DNA from: Octopus sinensis | Taxonomy: Eukaryota | NCBI RefSeq assembly: GCF_006345805.1 | Contig: NW_021832836.1 | Location: 1-64,000 of the forward strand | Direction of reading: 5' to 3' | DNA length: 64,000 nt | Shown here: in pieces, positions 1 through 12,700 of the stretch | How positions within the stretch are numbered: the first letter of the stretch is position 1 | Layout of the letters: each line of letters starts with the position of its first letter | Notes under the pieces: model-generated | Told to the model about the DNA's origin: nothing | Seen by the model: only the letters and a program-made list of their open reading frames with translations | Database searches by the model: none | Program-made: the position numbers and the translations under genes

Positions 1-3000
1 TAAAGTTTACTGATGATAAAAAGCTTATATTATCCAAGAGAACACTAAAATCTCAAAGTTTTCAGGTTAGAAAATGTTATAAAATATGTGTACTTGAAAA
101 ACAACAGAAAATTCAGTGATCTCTTAGCTAATATAATTTAACTGATTGATAAAAAGCTTATAGTTATCCAAGGAGAACAGTAGTAAATCTGAAAAGTTTT
201 CAGGTTAGAAAATGTGAAAATATTGCATATGCGTATTTGAAAAACAACAAACAATTTAATGATCTAAAAATACGTTGTACTTGAAAAACAACAAAAGATT
301 TAGTGATCACTTAGCTAAAATAAGTTAACTGATTGATAAAAAGCTTATATTTATCAAGAGAACACTAAAATCTCAAAGGTTTTCAGGTTAGAAAATATCA
401 AAATATAGCATATGCATACTTGAAAAACAACAAAAAATTTGGTGATCTCTTAGCTGAATATAAGTTAACTGATTGATAAAAAGCTTATATGTATCCAAGA
501 GAACACTAAAATCTCAAAAGTTTTCATGTTAGAAAATGTCAAAATATTGCATTTGCGTACTTGAAAAACAACAAAAATTTTAGTGATCTATTAGCTAAAT
601 ATAAGTTAACTAATTGCTAAGAAGCTTATATTTATCCAAGAGAACACTAAAATCTCAAAAGTTTTCAGGTTAGAAAATGTTAAAATATTGCATATGTGTA
701 CTTGAAAAACAACGAATAATTTAGTGATCACTTAGCTAAATATAAGTTAACTGATTGATAAAAAGCTTATATTTATCCAAGAGAACACTAAAATCTCAAA
801 AGTTTTCAGGTTAGAAAATGTCAAAATATAGCATATGCGTACTTGAAAAACAACAAAAAATTTAGTGATCTCTTAGCTGAATATAAGTTAACTGATTGAT
901 AAAAAGCTTATATATATCCAAGAGAACACTAAAATCTCAAAAGTTTTCAGGTTAGAAAATGTCAAAATATGTGTACTTGAAAAACAATAGAAAATTCAGT
1001 GATCTCTTAGCTAAATATAAGTTAACTGATTGATAAAAAGCTTATATTTATCCAAGAGAACACTAAACTCTCAAAAGTTTTCAGGTTAGAAAATGTCAAA
1101 ATATTGCATGTGTACTTGAAAAACAACGAATAATTAGTGATCACTTAGCTAAATATAAGTTAACTGATTGATAAAAGCTTATATTTATCCAAGAGAACAC
1201 TAAAATGTCAAAAGTTTTCAGGTTAGAATATGTCAAAATATGCATATGCGTACTTAAAAAACAACAAGAAATTTAGTGATCTCGTAGCTAAATATAAGTT
1301 TATGATTTTAAAAAAGCTTACTAAATACTAAAATACTAAAATCTCAAAATTTTCAGGTTAGAAAATGTCAAATATTGCATATGCGGACATGAAAAACAAC
1401 AAAATATTTAATGATCGAAATATATGTGTACTCGAAAAACAACAAAAATTTAGTGATCTATTAGCTAAATATAAGTTAACTGATGATAAAAAGCTTATAT
1501 TATCCAAGAGAACACCTAAAACTCAAAAGTTTTCAGGTTAGTAAATGTCAAAAGTTTTCAGGTTAGAAAATGTCAAAATATGTGTACTTGAAAAACAACA
1601 GAAAATTAGTGATCTCTTAGCTAAATATAAGTTTACTGATTGATAAAAAGCTTTATTTATCCAAGAGAACACTAAAATCTCAAAAGTTTTCAGGTTAGTA
1701 ATGTCAAAAAACAGTATATACATGTGTACTTGAAAAAGAATAAAAAATTTAGTGATCTCTTAGCTAAATATACGTTTATTGATTGATAAAAAGCTAATTT
1801 ATACGATAAAAAGCTTATATTTATATGTGTACTTGAAAAACAAAATATTAATGATCTAAATATATGTGTACTCGAAAAACAACAAAAATTGAGTGATCTC
1901 TTCGCTAAATATAAGTTAATTATTAATTGATAAAAAGCTTATATTATCCAAGAGGACACTAAAATCTCAAAAATTTTCAGGTTGGAAAATGTCAAAATAT
2001 GTGTACTTGAAAAACAACAGAAAATTTAGTGATCTCTTAGCTATATATAAGTTAACTGATTGATAAAAAGCTTATATTTATCCAAGAGAAAAACTAAAAT
2101 CTCAAAAGTTTTCAGGTTAGAAAATGTCAAAATATTGCATATGCGTACTTGAAAAACAACAAAAAATTTAGTGATCCCTTAGAGAAATATAAGTTAACTG
2201 ATTGATAAAAAGCTTATATTTATCCAAGAGAACACTAAACTCTCAAAAGTTTTCAGGTTAGAAAATGTCAAAATATTGCATATGCGTTCTTGAAAACAAC
2301 AAAAAATTTAGTGATCTCTGAGCTAAATATATATTAACTGATTGATAAAAAGCTTATATATATCAAGAGAACACTAAAATCTCAAAAGTTTTCAGGTTAC
2401 AAAATGTCAAAATATGTGTACTTTAGAAACAACAGAAAATTTAGTGATCTCTTAGCTAAATATAATTTAACTGATTGATAAAAAGCTTTATTTATGCAAG
2501 AGAACACTTAATCTCAAAAGTTTTCAGGTTAGAAAATGTCAAAATATTGCATATGCGTACTTGAAAAACAACAAAAATTTAGTGATCTCTTAGCTAAATA
2601 TAAGTTTATTGATTTTAAAAAGCTTATATTTATCCAAGAGAACACTAAAATCTCAAAAGTTTTCAGGTTAGAAAATGTCAAAATATGTGTCCTTGAAAAA
2701 CAACAGAAAATTTAGTGATCTCTTAGCTAAGATAAGTAAACTGATGGATAAAATGCTTATATTTATCCAAGAGAACACTAAAATCTCAAAAGTTTTCAGG
2801 TTAGAAAATGTGAAAATATGTGTACTTGAAAAACAACACAAAATTTAGTGATCTCTTAGCTAAAATAAGTTAACTGATTGATAAAAAGCTTATATTTATC
2901 CAAGAGATCACTAATATCTCAAAAGTTTTCAGAATACAAATGTCAAAATGTGTATATGTGCAATTGAAAAACAACAAAAAATTTTGTGAGCTCCTAGCAA

Positions 3001-6000
3001 AATATAAGTTAACTGATTGATAAAAGCTTATATCCAAGAGAACACTAAAATCTCAAAGGTTTTCAGGTTAGAAAATGTCAAAATATTGCATATGCGTACC
3101 TGAAAACAACAAAAAATTTAGTGATCGCTTAGCTAAATATAAGTTAACTGATTGATAAGAAGCTTATATATATTCAAGAGAACACTAAAATCTTGAAAGT
3201 TTTCAGGTTACAAAATGTCAAAATATGTGTACTTGAGAAACAACAGAAAATTTAGTGATCTATTAGCTAAATATAAGTTAACTGATTGATAAAAAGCTTA
3301 TATTTATCCAAGAGAACACTAAAATCTCAAAAGTTTTCAGGTTAGTAAAGGTCAAAATACAGCATATGTGTACTTGAAAAAGAACAAAAAATTTAGTGAT
3401 CTCTTAGCTGAATATAAGTTAACTGATGGATAAAAAGCTTATATTTATCCAAGAGAACACTAAAATCTCAAAAGTTTTCAGGTTAGAAAATGTCAAAATA
3501 TTGCATATGCGGACATGAAAAACAACAAAATATTTAATGATCTAAATATATGTGTACTCGAAAAACAACAAAAAATTTAGTGATCTATTAGCTAAATATA
3601 AGTTAACTGATTGATAAAAGGCTTATATTTATCCAAGAGAACACTAAAATCTCAAAAGTTTTCAGGTTAGAAAATGTCGAAATATGTGTACTTGAAAAAC
3701 AATAGAAAATTCAGTGATCTCTTAGCTAAATATAATTTAACTGATTGATAAAAAGCTTATAGTTATCCAAGAGAACAGTAAAATCTCAAAAGTTTTCAGG
3801 TTAGAAAATGTGAAAATATTGCATATGTGTACTTGAAAAACAACAAAAAATTTAATGATCTAAATATACGTGTACTTGAAAAACAACAAAAGATTTAGTG
3901 ATCTATTAGCTAAATGTAAGTTAACTGATTGCTAAAAAGCTTATATTTATCCAAGAGAACACTAAAATCTCAAAAGTTTTCAGGTTAGTAAATGTCAAAA
4001 TACAGCATATGTGTACTTGAAAAAGGAAAAAAAAATTTAGTGATCTAAATATACGTGTACTTGAAAAACAACAAAAGATTTAGTGATATATTAGCTAAAT
4101 ATAAGTTAACTGATTGATAAAAAGCTTATAGTTATCCAAGAGAACACTAAAATCTCAAAAGTTTTCAGGTTAGAAAATGTGAAAATATTGCATATGCGTA
4201 CTTGAAAAACAACAAAAAATTTAATGATCTAAATATACGTGTACTTGAAAAACAACAAAAGATTTAGTGATCTATTAGCTAAATATAAGTTAACTGATTG
4301 ATAAAAAGCTTATATTTATCCAAGAGAACACTTAAATCTCAAAAGTTTTCAGATTTAAATGTCAAAATATTGCATATGCGTACTTGAAAAACAACAAAAA
4401 ATTTAGTGATCTCTTAGCTAAATATAATTTAACTGATTGATAAAAAGCTTATATTTATCCTAGAGAACACTAAACTCTCAATAGTTTTCAGGTTAGAAAT
4501 TGTCAAAATATTGCATTTGCGTACTTGAAAAACAACAAAAATTTTAGTGATGTCTTAGCTAAATATAATTTAACTGATTGATAAAAAGCTTATATTTATC
4601 CAAGAGAACACTAAAATCTCAAAAGTTTTCAGGTTAGAATATGTCAAAATATTGCATATGCGTACTTAAAAAACAACAAAAAATTTAGTGATCTCTTAGC
4701 TAAATATAATTTAACTGATTGATAAAAAGCTTATATTTATCCTAGAGAACACTAAACTCTCAATAGTTTTCAGGTTAGAAATTGTCAAAATATTGCATTT
4801 GCGTACTTGAAAAACAACAAAAATTTTAGTGATCTCTTAGCTAAATATAATTTAACTGATTGATAAAAAGCTTATATTTATCCAAGAGAACACTAAAATC
4901 TCAAAAGTTTTCAGGTTAGAATATGTCAAAATATTGCATATGCGTACTTGAAAAACAACAAAAATTTAGTGATCTCTTAGCTAAATATAAGTTTATTGAT
5001 TTTTAAAAAGCTTATATTTATCCAAGAGAATACTAAAATCTCAAAAGTTTTCAGGTTAGAAAATGTCAAAATATGTGTACTTTAAAAACAACAGAAAATT
5101 TAGTGATCTCTTAGCTAAATATAAGTTAACTGATGGCTAAAAAGCTTATATTTATCCAAGAGAACACTAAAATCTCAAAAGTTTTCAGGTTAGTAAATGT
5201 CAAAATACAGCATATGTGTACTTGAAAAAGAACAAAAAATTTAGTGATCTCTTAGCTGAATATAAGTTAACTGATTCATAAAAAGCTTATATTTATCCAA
5301 GAGAACACTAAAATCTCAAAAGTTTTCAGGTTAGAAAATGTCAAAATATTGCATATGCGGACATGAAAAACAACAAAATATTTAATGATCTAAATATATG
5401 TGTACTCGAAAAACAACAAAAAATTTAGTGATCTATTAGCTAAATATAAGTTAACTGATTGATAAAAAGCTTATATTTATCCAAGAGAACACTAAACTCT
5501 CAAAAGTTTTCAGGTTAGAAAATGTCAAAATATTGCATTTGCGTACGTGAAAAACAACAAAAATATTAGTGATCTATTAGCTAAATGTAAGTTAATTGAT
5601 TGCTAAAAAGCTTATATTTATCCAAGAGAACACTAAAATCTCAAAAGTTTTCAGGTTAGAAAATGTCAAAATATGTGTACTTGAAAAACAATAGAAAATT
5701 CAGTGATCTCTTAGCTAAATATAATTTAACTGATTGATAAAATGCTTATAGTTATCCAAGAGAACAGTAAAATCTCAAAAGTTTTCAGGTTAGAAAATGT
5801 GAAAATATTGCATATGCGTACTTGAAAAACAACAAAAAATTTAATGATCTAAATATACGTGTACTTGAAAAACAACAAAAGATTTAGTGATCTATTAGCT
5901 AAATGTAAGTTAACTGATTGCTAAAAAGCTTATATTTATCCAAGAGAACACTAAAATCTCAAAAGTTTTCAGGTTAGTAAATGTCAAAATACAGCATATG

Positions 6001-9000
6001 TGTACTTGAAAAAGGAAAAAAAAATTTAGTGATCTAAATATACGTGTACTTGAAAAACATCTATTAGCTAAATATAAGTTAACTGATTGATAAAAAGCTT
6101 ATAGTTATCCAAGAGAACAGTAAAATCTCAAAAGTTTTCAGGTTAGAAAATGTGAAAATATTGCATATGCGTACTTGAAAAACAACAAAAAATTTAATGA
6201 TCTAAATATACGTGTACTTGAAAAACAACAAAAGATTTAGTGATCTATTAGCTAAATATAAGTTAACTGATTGATAGAAAGCTTTCAGGTTACAAAAGTT
6301 TTCAGATTACAAAATCTCAAAATATGTGTACTTGAGAAACAACAGAAAATTTAGTGATCTCTTAGCTAAATATAATTTAACTGATTGATAAAAAGCTTAT
6401 ATTTATCCAAGAGAACAGTAAAATCTCAAAAGTTTTCAGGTTAGAAAATGTGAAAATATTGCATATGCGTACTTGAAAAACAACAAAAATTTAATGATCT
6501 AATATACGTGTACTTGAAAAACAACAAAAGATTTAATGATCTATTAGCTAAATATAAGTTAACTGATTGATAAAAGCTTATATTTATCGAAAGAACACTA
6601 AAATCTCAAAAGTTTTCAGGTTAGAAAATGTCAAAATATTGCATATGTGTACTTGAAAAACAACGAATAATTTAGTGATCACTTAGCTAAATATAAGTTA
6701 ACTGATTGATAAAAAGCTTATATTTATCCAAGAGAACAGTAAAATCTCAAAAGTTTTCAGGTTAGAAAATGTCAAAATATGTGTACTTGAAAAACAACAG
6801 AAAATTTAGTGATCTCTTAGCTAAATATAAGTTAACTGATTGACAAAAAGCTTATATTTATCCAAGAGATCACTAATATCTTAAAAGTTTTCAGGTTAGT
6901 AAATGTCAAAATACAGCATATGTGTACTTGAAAAAGAACAAAAAATTTAATGATCTAAATATATGTGTACTTGAAAAACAACGAATAATTTAGTGATCAC
7001 TTAGCTAAATATAAGTTTACTGATTGATAAAAAGCTTATATTAATCCAAGAGAACACTAAAATCTCAAAAGTTTTCAGGTTAGAAAATGTTAAAATATGT
7101 GTACTTGAAAAACAATAGAAAATTCAGTGATCTCTTAGCTAAATATAATTTAACTGATTGATAAAAAGCTTATAGTTATCCAAGAGAACAGTAAAATCTG
7201 AAAAGTTTTCAGGTTAGAAAATGTGAAAATATTGCATATGCGTATTTGAAAAACAACAAAAAATTTAATGATCTAAAAATACGTGTACTTGAAAAACAAC
7301 AAAAGATTTAGTGATCTATTAGCTAAATATAAGTTAACTGATTGATAAAAAGCTTATGTTTATCCAAGAGAACACTAAAATCTCAAAAGTTTTCAGGTTA
7401 GAAAATGTCAAAATACAGCATATGCGTACTTGAAAAACAACAAAAAATTTAGTGATCACTTAGCTAAATATAAGTTAACTGATTGATAAAAAGCTTATAT
7501 TTATCCAAGAGAACACTAAAATCTCATAAGTTTTCAGGTTAGAAAATATCAAAATATAGCATATGCATACTTGAAAAACAACAAAAAATTTGGTGATCTC
7601 TTAGCTGAATATAAGTTAACTGATTGATAAAAAGCTTATATGTATCCAAGAGAACACTAAAATCTCAAAAGTTTTCAGGTTAGAAAATGTCAAAATATGT
7701 GTACTTTAAAAACAACAGAAAATTTAGTGATCTCTTAGCTAAATATAAGTTAACTGATGGATAAAAAGCTTATATTTATCCAAGAGAACACTAAAATCTC
7801 AAAAGTTTTCAGGTTAGTAAATGTCAAAATACAGCATATGTGTACTTGAAAAAGGAAAAAAAAATTTAGTGATCTCTTAGCTGAATATAAGTTAACTGAT
7901 TGATAAAAAGCTTATATGTATCCAAGAGAACACTAAAATCTCAAAAGTTTTCAGGTTAGTAAATGTCAAAATATTGCATATGCGGACATGAAAAACAACA
8001 AAATATTTAATGATCTAATTATATGTGTACTCGAAAAACAACAAAAAATTTAGTGATCTATTAGCTAAATATAATTTAACTGATTGATAAAAAGCTTATA
8101 GTTATCCAAGAGAACAGTAAAATCTCAAAAGTTTTCAGGTTAGAAAATGTGAAAATATTGCATATGCGTACTTGAAAAACAACAAAAAATTTAATGATCT
8201 AAATATACGTGTACTTGAAAAACAACAAAAGATTTAGTGATCTATTAGCTAAATATGAGTTAACTGATTGATAAAAAGCTTTCAGGTTACAAAAGTTTTC
8301 AGGTTACAAAATGTCAAAATATGTGTACTTGAGAAACAACAGAAAATTTAGTGATCTCTTAGCTAAATATAATTTAACTGATTGATAAAAAGCTTATATT
8401 TATCCAAGAGAACACTTAAATCTCAAAAGTTTTCAGGTTAGAAAATGTCAAAATATTGCATATGCGTACTTGAAAAACAACAAAAAATTTAGTGATCTCT
8501 TAGCTGAATGTAAGTTAACTGATTGATAAAAAGCTTATATAAATCCAAGAGAACACTAAAATCTCAAAAGTTTTCAGGTTAGAAAATGTCAAAATATTGA
8601 ATTCGCGTACTTGAAAAACAACAAAAAATTTAGTGATCTCTTAGCTAAATATAAGTTAACTGATTGACAAAAAGCTTATATTTATCCAAGAGATCACTAA
8701 TATCTTAAAAGTTTTCAGGTTAGTAAATGTCAAAATACAGCATATGTGTACTTGAAAAAGAACAAAAAATTTAATGATCTAAATATATGTGTACTTGAAA
8801 AACAACGAATAATTTAGTGATCACTTAGCTAAATATAAGTTTACTGATTGATAAAAAGCTTATATTAATCCAAGAGAACACTAAAATCTCAAAAGTTTTC
8901 AGGTTAGAAAATGTTAAAATATGTGTACTTGAAAAACAATAGAAAATTCAGTGATCTCTTAGCTAAATATAATTTAACTGATTGATAAAAAGCTTATAGT

Positions 9001-9488
9001 TATCCAAGAGAACAGTAAAATCTGAAAAGTTTTCAGGTTAGAAAATGTGAAAATATTGCATATGCGTATTTGAAAAACAACAAAAATTTAATGATCTAAA
9101 AATACGTGTACTTGAAATACAACAAAAGATTTAGTGATCTATTAGCTAAATATAAGTTAACTGATTGATAAAAAGCTTATGTTTATCCAAGAGAACACTA
9201 AAATCTCAAAAGTTTTCAGGTTAGAAAATGTCAAAATACAGCATATGCGTACTTGAAAAACAAAACAAAAATTTAGTGATCACTTAGCTAAATATAAGTT
9301 AACTGATTGATAAAAAGCTTATATTTATCCAAGAGAACACTAAAATCTCATAAGTTTTCAGGTTAGAAAATATCAAAATATAGCATATGCATACTTGAAA
9401 AACAACAAAAAATTTGGTGATCTCTTAGCTGAATATAAGTTAACTGATTGATAAAAAGCTTATATGTATCCAAGAGAACACTAAAATC

Positions 9489-9760
9489 GGGCACGTTTGG
9501 GCGGCGGAGCAAAGGGCGAGCGCGCTAGCCGCAGTTTGCCATCTTTCGGGTTTTTACGGGACGGACCGCGTCGCCGTATCGACGGCGTGCATCTCGTGAA
9601 CGCCCTTCCGACATCGGTGGCGGCTACGTCCACGCGTCCGTGGGCCGTACCGCGAGCGTGGGTTCGTTCTTTCGGTTTCGGGTACGGTAGCGCGGCGGAG
9701 GAACGGGCGACAGGCGCGGGCCTGCCGCCAACGGCCCCGCGGCTCGCGGACGAACGGGAG
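9489..9760. other. 272-bp GC-rich, CpG-rich foreign insert replacing 28 bp of a satellite monomer
   Basis: Hand count gives 189/272 G+C (~70%) inside a very AT-rich array. The flanks ctaaaatc|...|aaatatgtgtactttaaaaa match the sister monomer at ~7656-7710, which has tcaaaagttttcaggttagaaaatgtca at this position. No target-site duplication. Confidence 0.95.
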
Positions 9761-12700
9761 AAATATGTGTACTTTAAAAACAACAGAAAATTTAGTGATC
9801 TCTTAGCTAAATATAAGTTAACTGATGGAAAGAAAGCTTATATTTATCCAAGAGAACACTAAAATCTCAAAAGTTTTCAGGTTAGTAAATGTCAAAATAC
9901 AGCATATGTGTACTTGAAAAAGGAAAAAAAAATTTAGTGATCTCTTAGCTGAATATAAGTTAACTGATTGATAAAAAGCTTATATGTATCCAAGAGAACA
10001 CTAAAATCTCAAAAGTTTTCAGGTTAGTAAATGTCAAAATATTGCATATGCGGACATGAAAAACAACAAAATATTTAATGATCTAATTATATGTGTACTC
10101 GAAAAACAACAAAAAATTTAGTGATCTTAGCTAAATATAATTTAACTGATTGATAAAAAGCTTATAGTTATCCAAGAGAACAGTAAAATCTCAAAAGTTT
10201 TCAGGTTAGAAAATGTGAAAATATTGCATCGTACTTGAAAAACAACAAAAATTTAATGATCTAAATATACGTGTACTTGAAAAACAACAAAAGATTTAGT
10301 GATCTATTAGCTAAATATAAGTTAACTGATTGATAAAAAGCTTTCAGGTTACAAAAGTTTTCAGGTTACAAAATGTCAAAATATGTGTACTTGAGAAACA
10401 ACAGAAAATTTAGTGATCTCTTAGCTAAATATAATTTAACTGATTGATAAAAAGCTTATATAAATCCAAGAGAACACTAAAATCTCAAAAGTTTTCAGGT
10501 TAGAAAATGTCAAAATATTGAATTCGCGTACTTGAAAAACAACAAAAAATTAGTGATCTATTAGCTAAATGTAAGTTAACTGATTGCTAAAAAGCTTATA
10601 TTTATCCAAGAGAACACTAAAATCTCAAAAGTTTTCAGGTTAGAAAATGTCAAAATATTGCATTTGCGTACTTGAAAAACAACAAAAAATTTAGTGATCT
10701 CTTAGCTAAAGATAAGTTAACTGATGGATAAAAAGCTTATATTTATCCAAGAGAACTAAAATCTCAAAGTTTTCAGGTTAGAAAATGTCAAAATATTGCA
10801 TATGCGTACTTGAAAAACAACAAAAAATATTTATGATGTAAATAACGTGTACTTGAAAAACAAAAAAATTTATGATCTATTAGCTAATATAAGTTAATGA
10901 TGATAAAAAGCTCATATTTATCGAAGAGAACACTAAAATCTCAAAAGTTTTCAGGTTAGAAAATGTCAAAATATTGCATATGTGTACTTGAAAAACAACA
11001 AAAATTTAGTGATCACTAGCTAAATATAAGTTACTGATTGATAAAAAGCTTATATTTATCCAAGAGAACACTAAAATCTCAAAAGTTTTCAGGTTAGAAA
11101 ATGTCAAAAAACAGTATATATGTGTACTTGAAAAAGAATAAAAAATTTAGTGACCTCTTAGCTAAAAAAGATACGTTTATTGATTGATAAAAAGCTTATA
11201 TTTATACGATAACAAGCTAAAATTATATGTGTAATTGAAAAACAACAAAAAAGTTAGCTCATATTATCGAAGAGAACACTAAAATCTCAAAAGTTTTCAG
11301 GTTAAAAAAATGTCAAAATATTTATATGTGTACTTGAAAACAACAAAAATTTAGTGATCACTTAGCTAAATATAAGTTAACTGATTGATAAAAAGCTTAT
11401 ATTTATCCAAGAGAACACTAAAATCTCAAAAGTTTTCAGGTTAGAAAATGTCAAAATATTGCATTTGCGTACTTGAAAAACAACAAAAAATTTAGTGATC
11501 TATTAGCTAAATGTAAGTTAACTGATTGCTAAAAAGCTTTTATTTATCCAAGAGAACACTAAAATCTCAAAAGTTTTCAGGTTACAAAATGTCAAAGTAT
11601 GTGTACTTGAAACACAACAGAATATTTAGTGATCTCTTAGCAAAATATAATTTAACTGATTGATAAAAAGCTCATATATATCCAAGAGAACACTAAAATC
11701 TCAAAGGTTTTCAGGTTAGAAAATGTCAAAATATTGCATATGCGTACTTGAAAACAACAAAAAATTTAGTGATCGCTTAGCTAAATATAAGTTTATTGAT
11801 TGATAAAAAGCTTATATTTATCCCAGAGGACACTAAAATCTCAAAAATTTTCTGGTTAGAAAATGTCAAAATATGTGTACTTGAAAAACAACAGAAAATT
11901 TAGTGATCTCTTAGCTATATATAAGTTAACTGATTGATAAAAAGCTTATATTTATCCAAGAGAAAAACTAAAATCTCAAAAGTTTTCAGGTTAGAAAATG
12001 TCAAAATATTGCATATGCGTACTTGAAAAACAACAAAAAATTTAGTGATCCCTTAGCAAAATATAAGTTAAGTGATTGATAAAAAGTTTATATTTATCCA
12101 AGAGAACACTAAACTCTCAAAAGTTTTCAGGTTAGAAAATGTCAAAATATTGCATTTGCGTACTTGAAAAAAAACAAAAATTTTAGTGATCTATTAGCTA
12201 AATGTAAGTTAACTGATTACTAAAAAGCATATTTTATCCAAGAGAACACTAAAATCTCAAAAGTTTTCAGGTTAGAAAATGTCAAAATATGTGTACTTGA
12301 AAAACAATAGAAAATTCAGTGATCTCTTAGCTAAATATAATTTAACTGATTGATAAAAAGCTTATAGTTATCCAAGAGAACAGTAAAATCTCAAAAGTTT
12401 TCAGGTTAGAAAATGTGAAAATATTGCATATGCGTACTTGAAAAACAACAAAAACTTTAATGATCTAAATATACGTGTACTTGAAAAACAACAAAAGATC
12501 TAATGATCTATTAGCTAAATATAAGTTAACTGATTGATAAAAAGCTTATATTTATCGAATAGAACACTAAAATCTCAAAAGTTTTCAGGTTAGAAAATGT
12601 CAAAATATTGCATATGTGTACTTGAAAAACAACGAATAATTTAGTGATCACTTAGCTAAATATAAGTTAACTGATTGATAAAAAGCTTATATTTATCCAA

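Noticed and set aside
9481-9862. ORFs of 121 aa (+) and 100 aa (-) over the GC insert
   Set aside because: Open frames are expected at 70% GC. Both run into satellite sequence, the + ORF starts at TTG, and no domain is recognisable.
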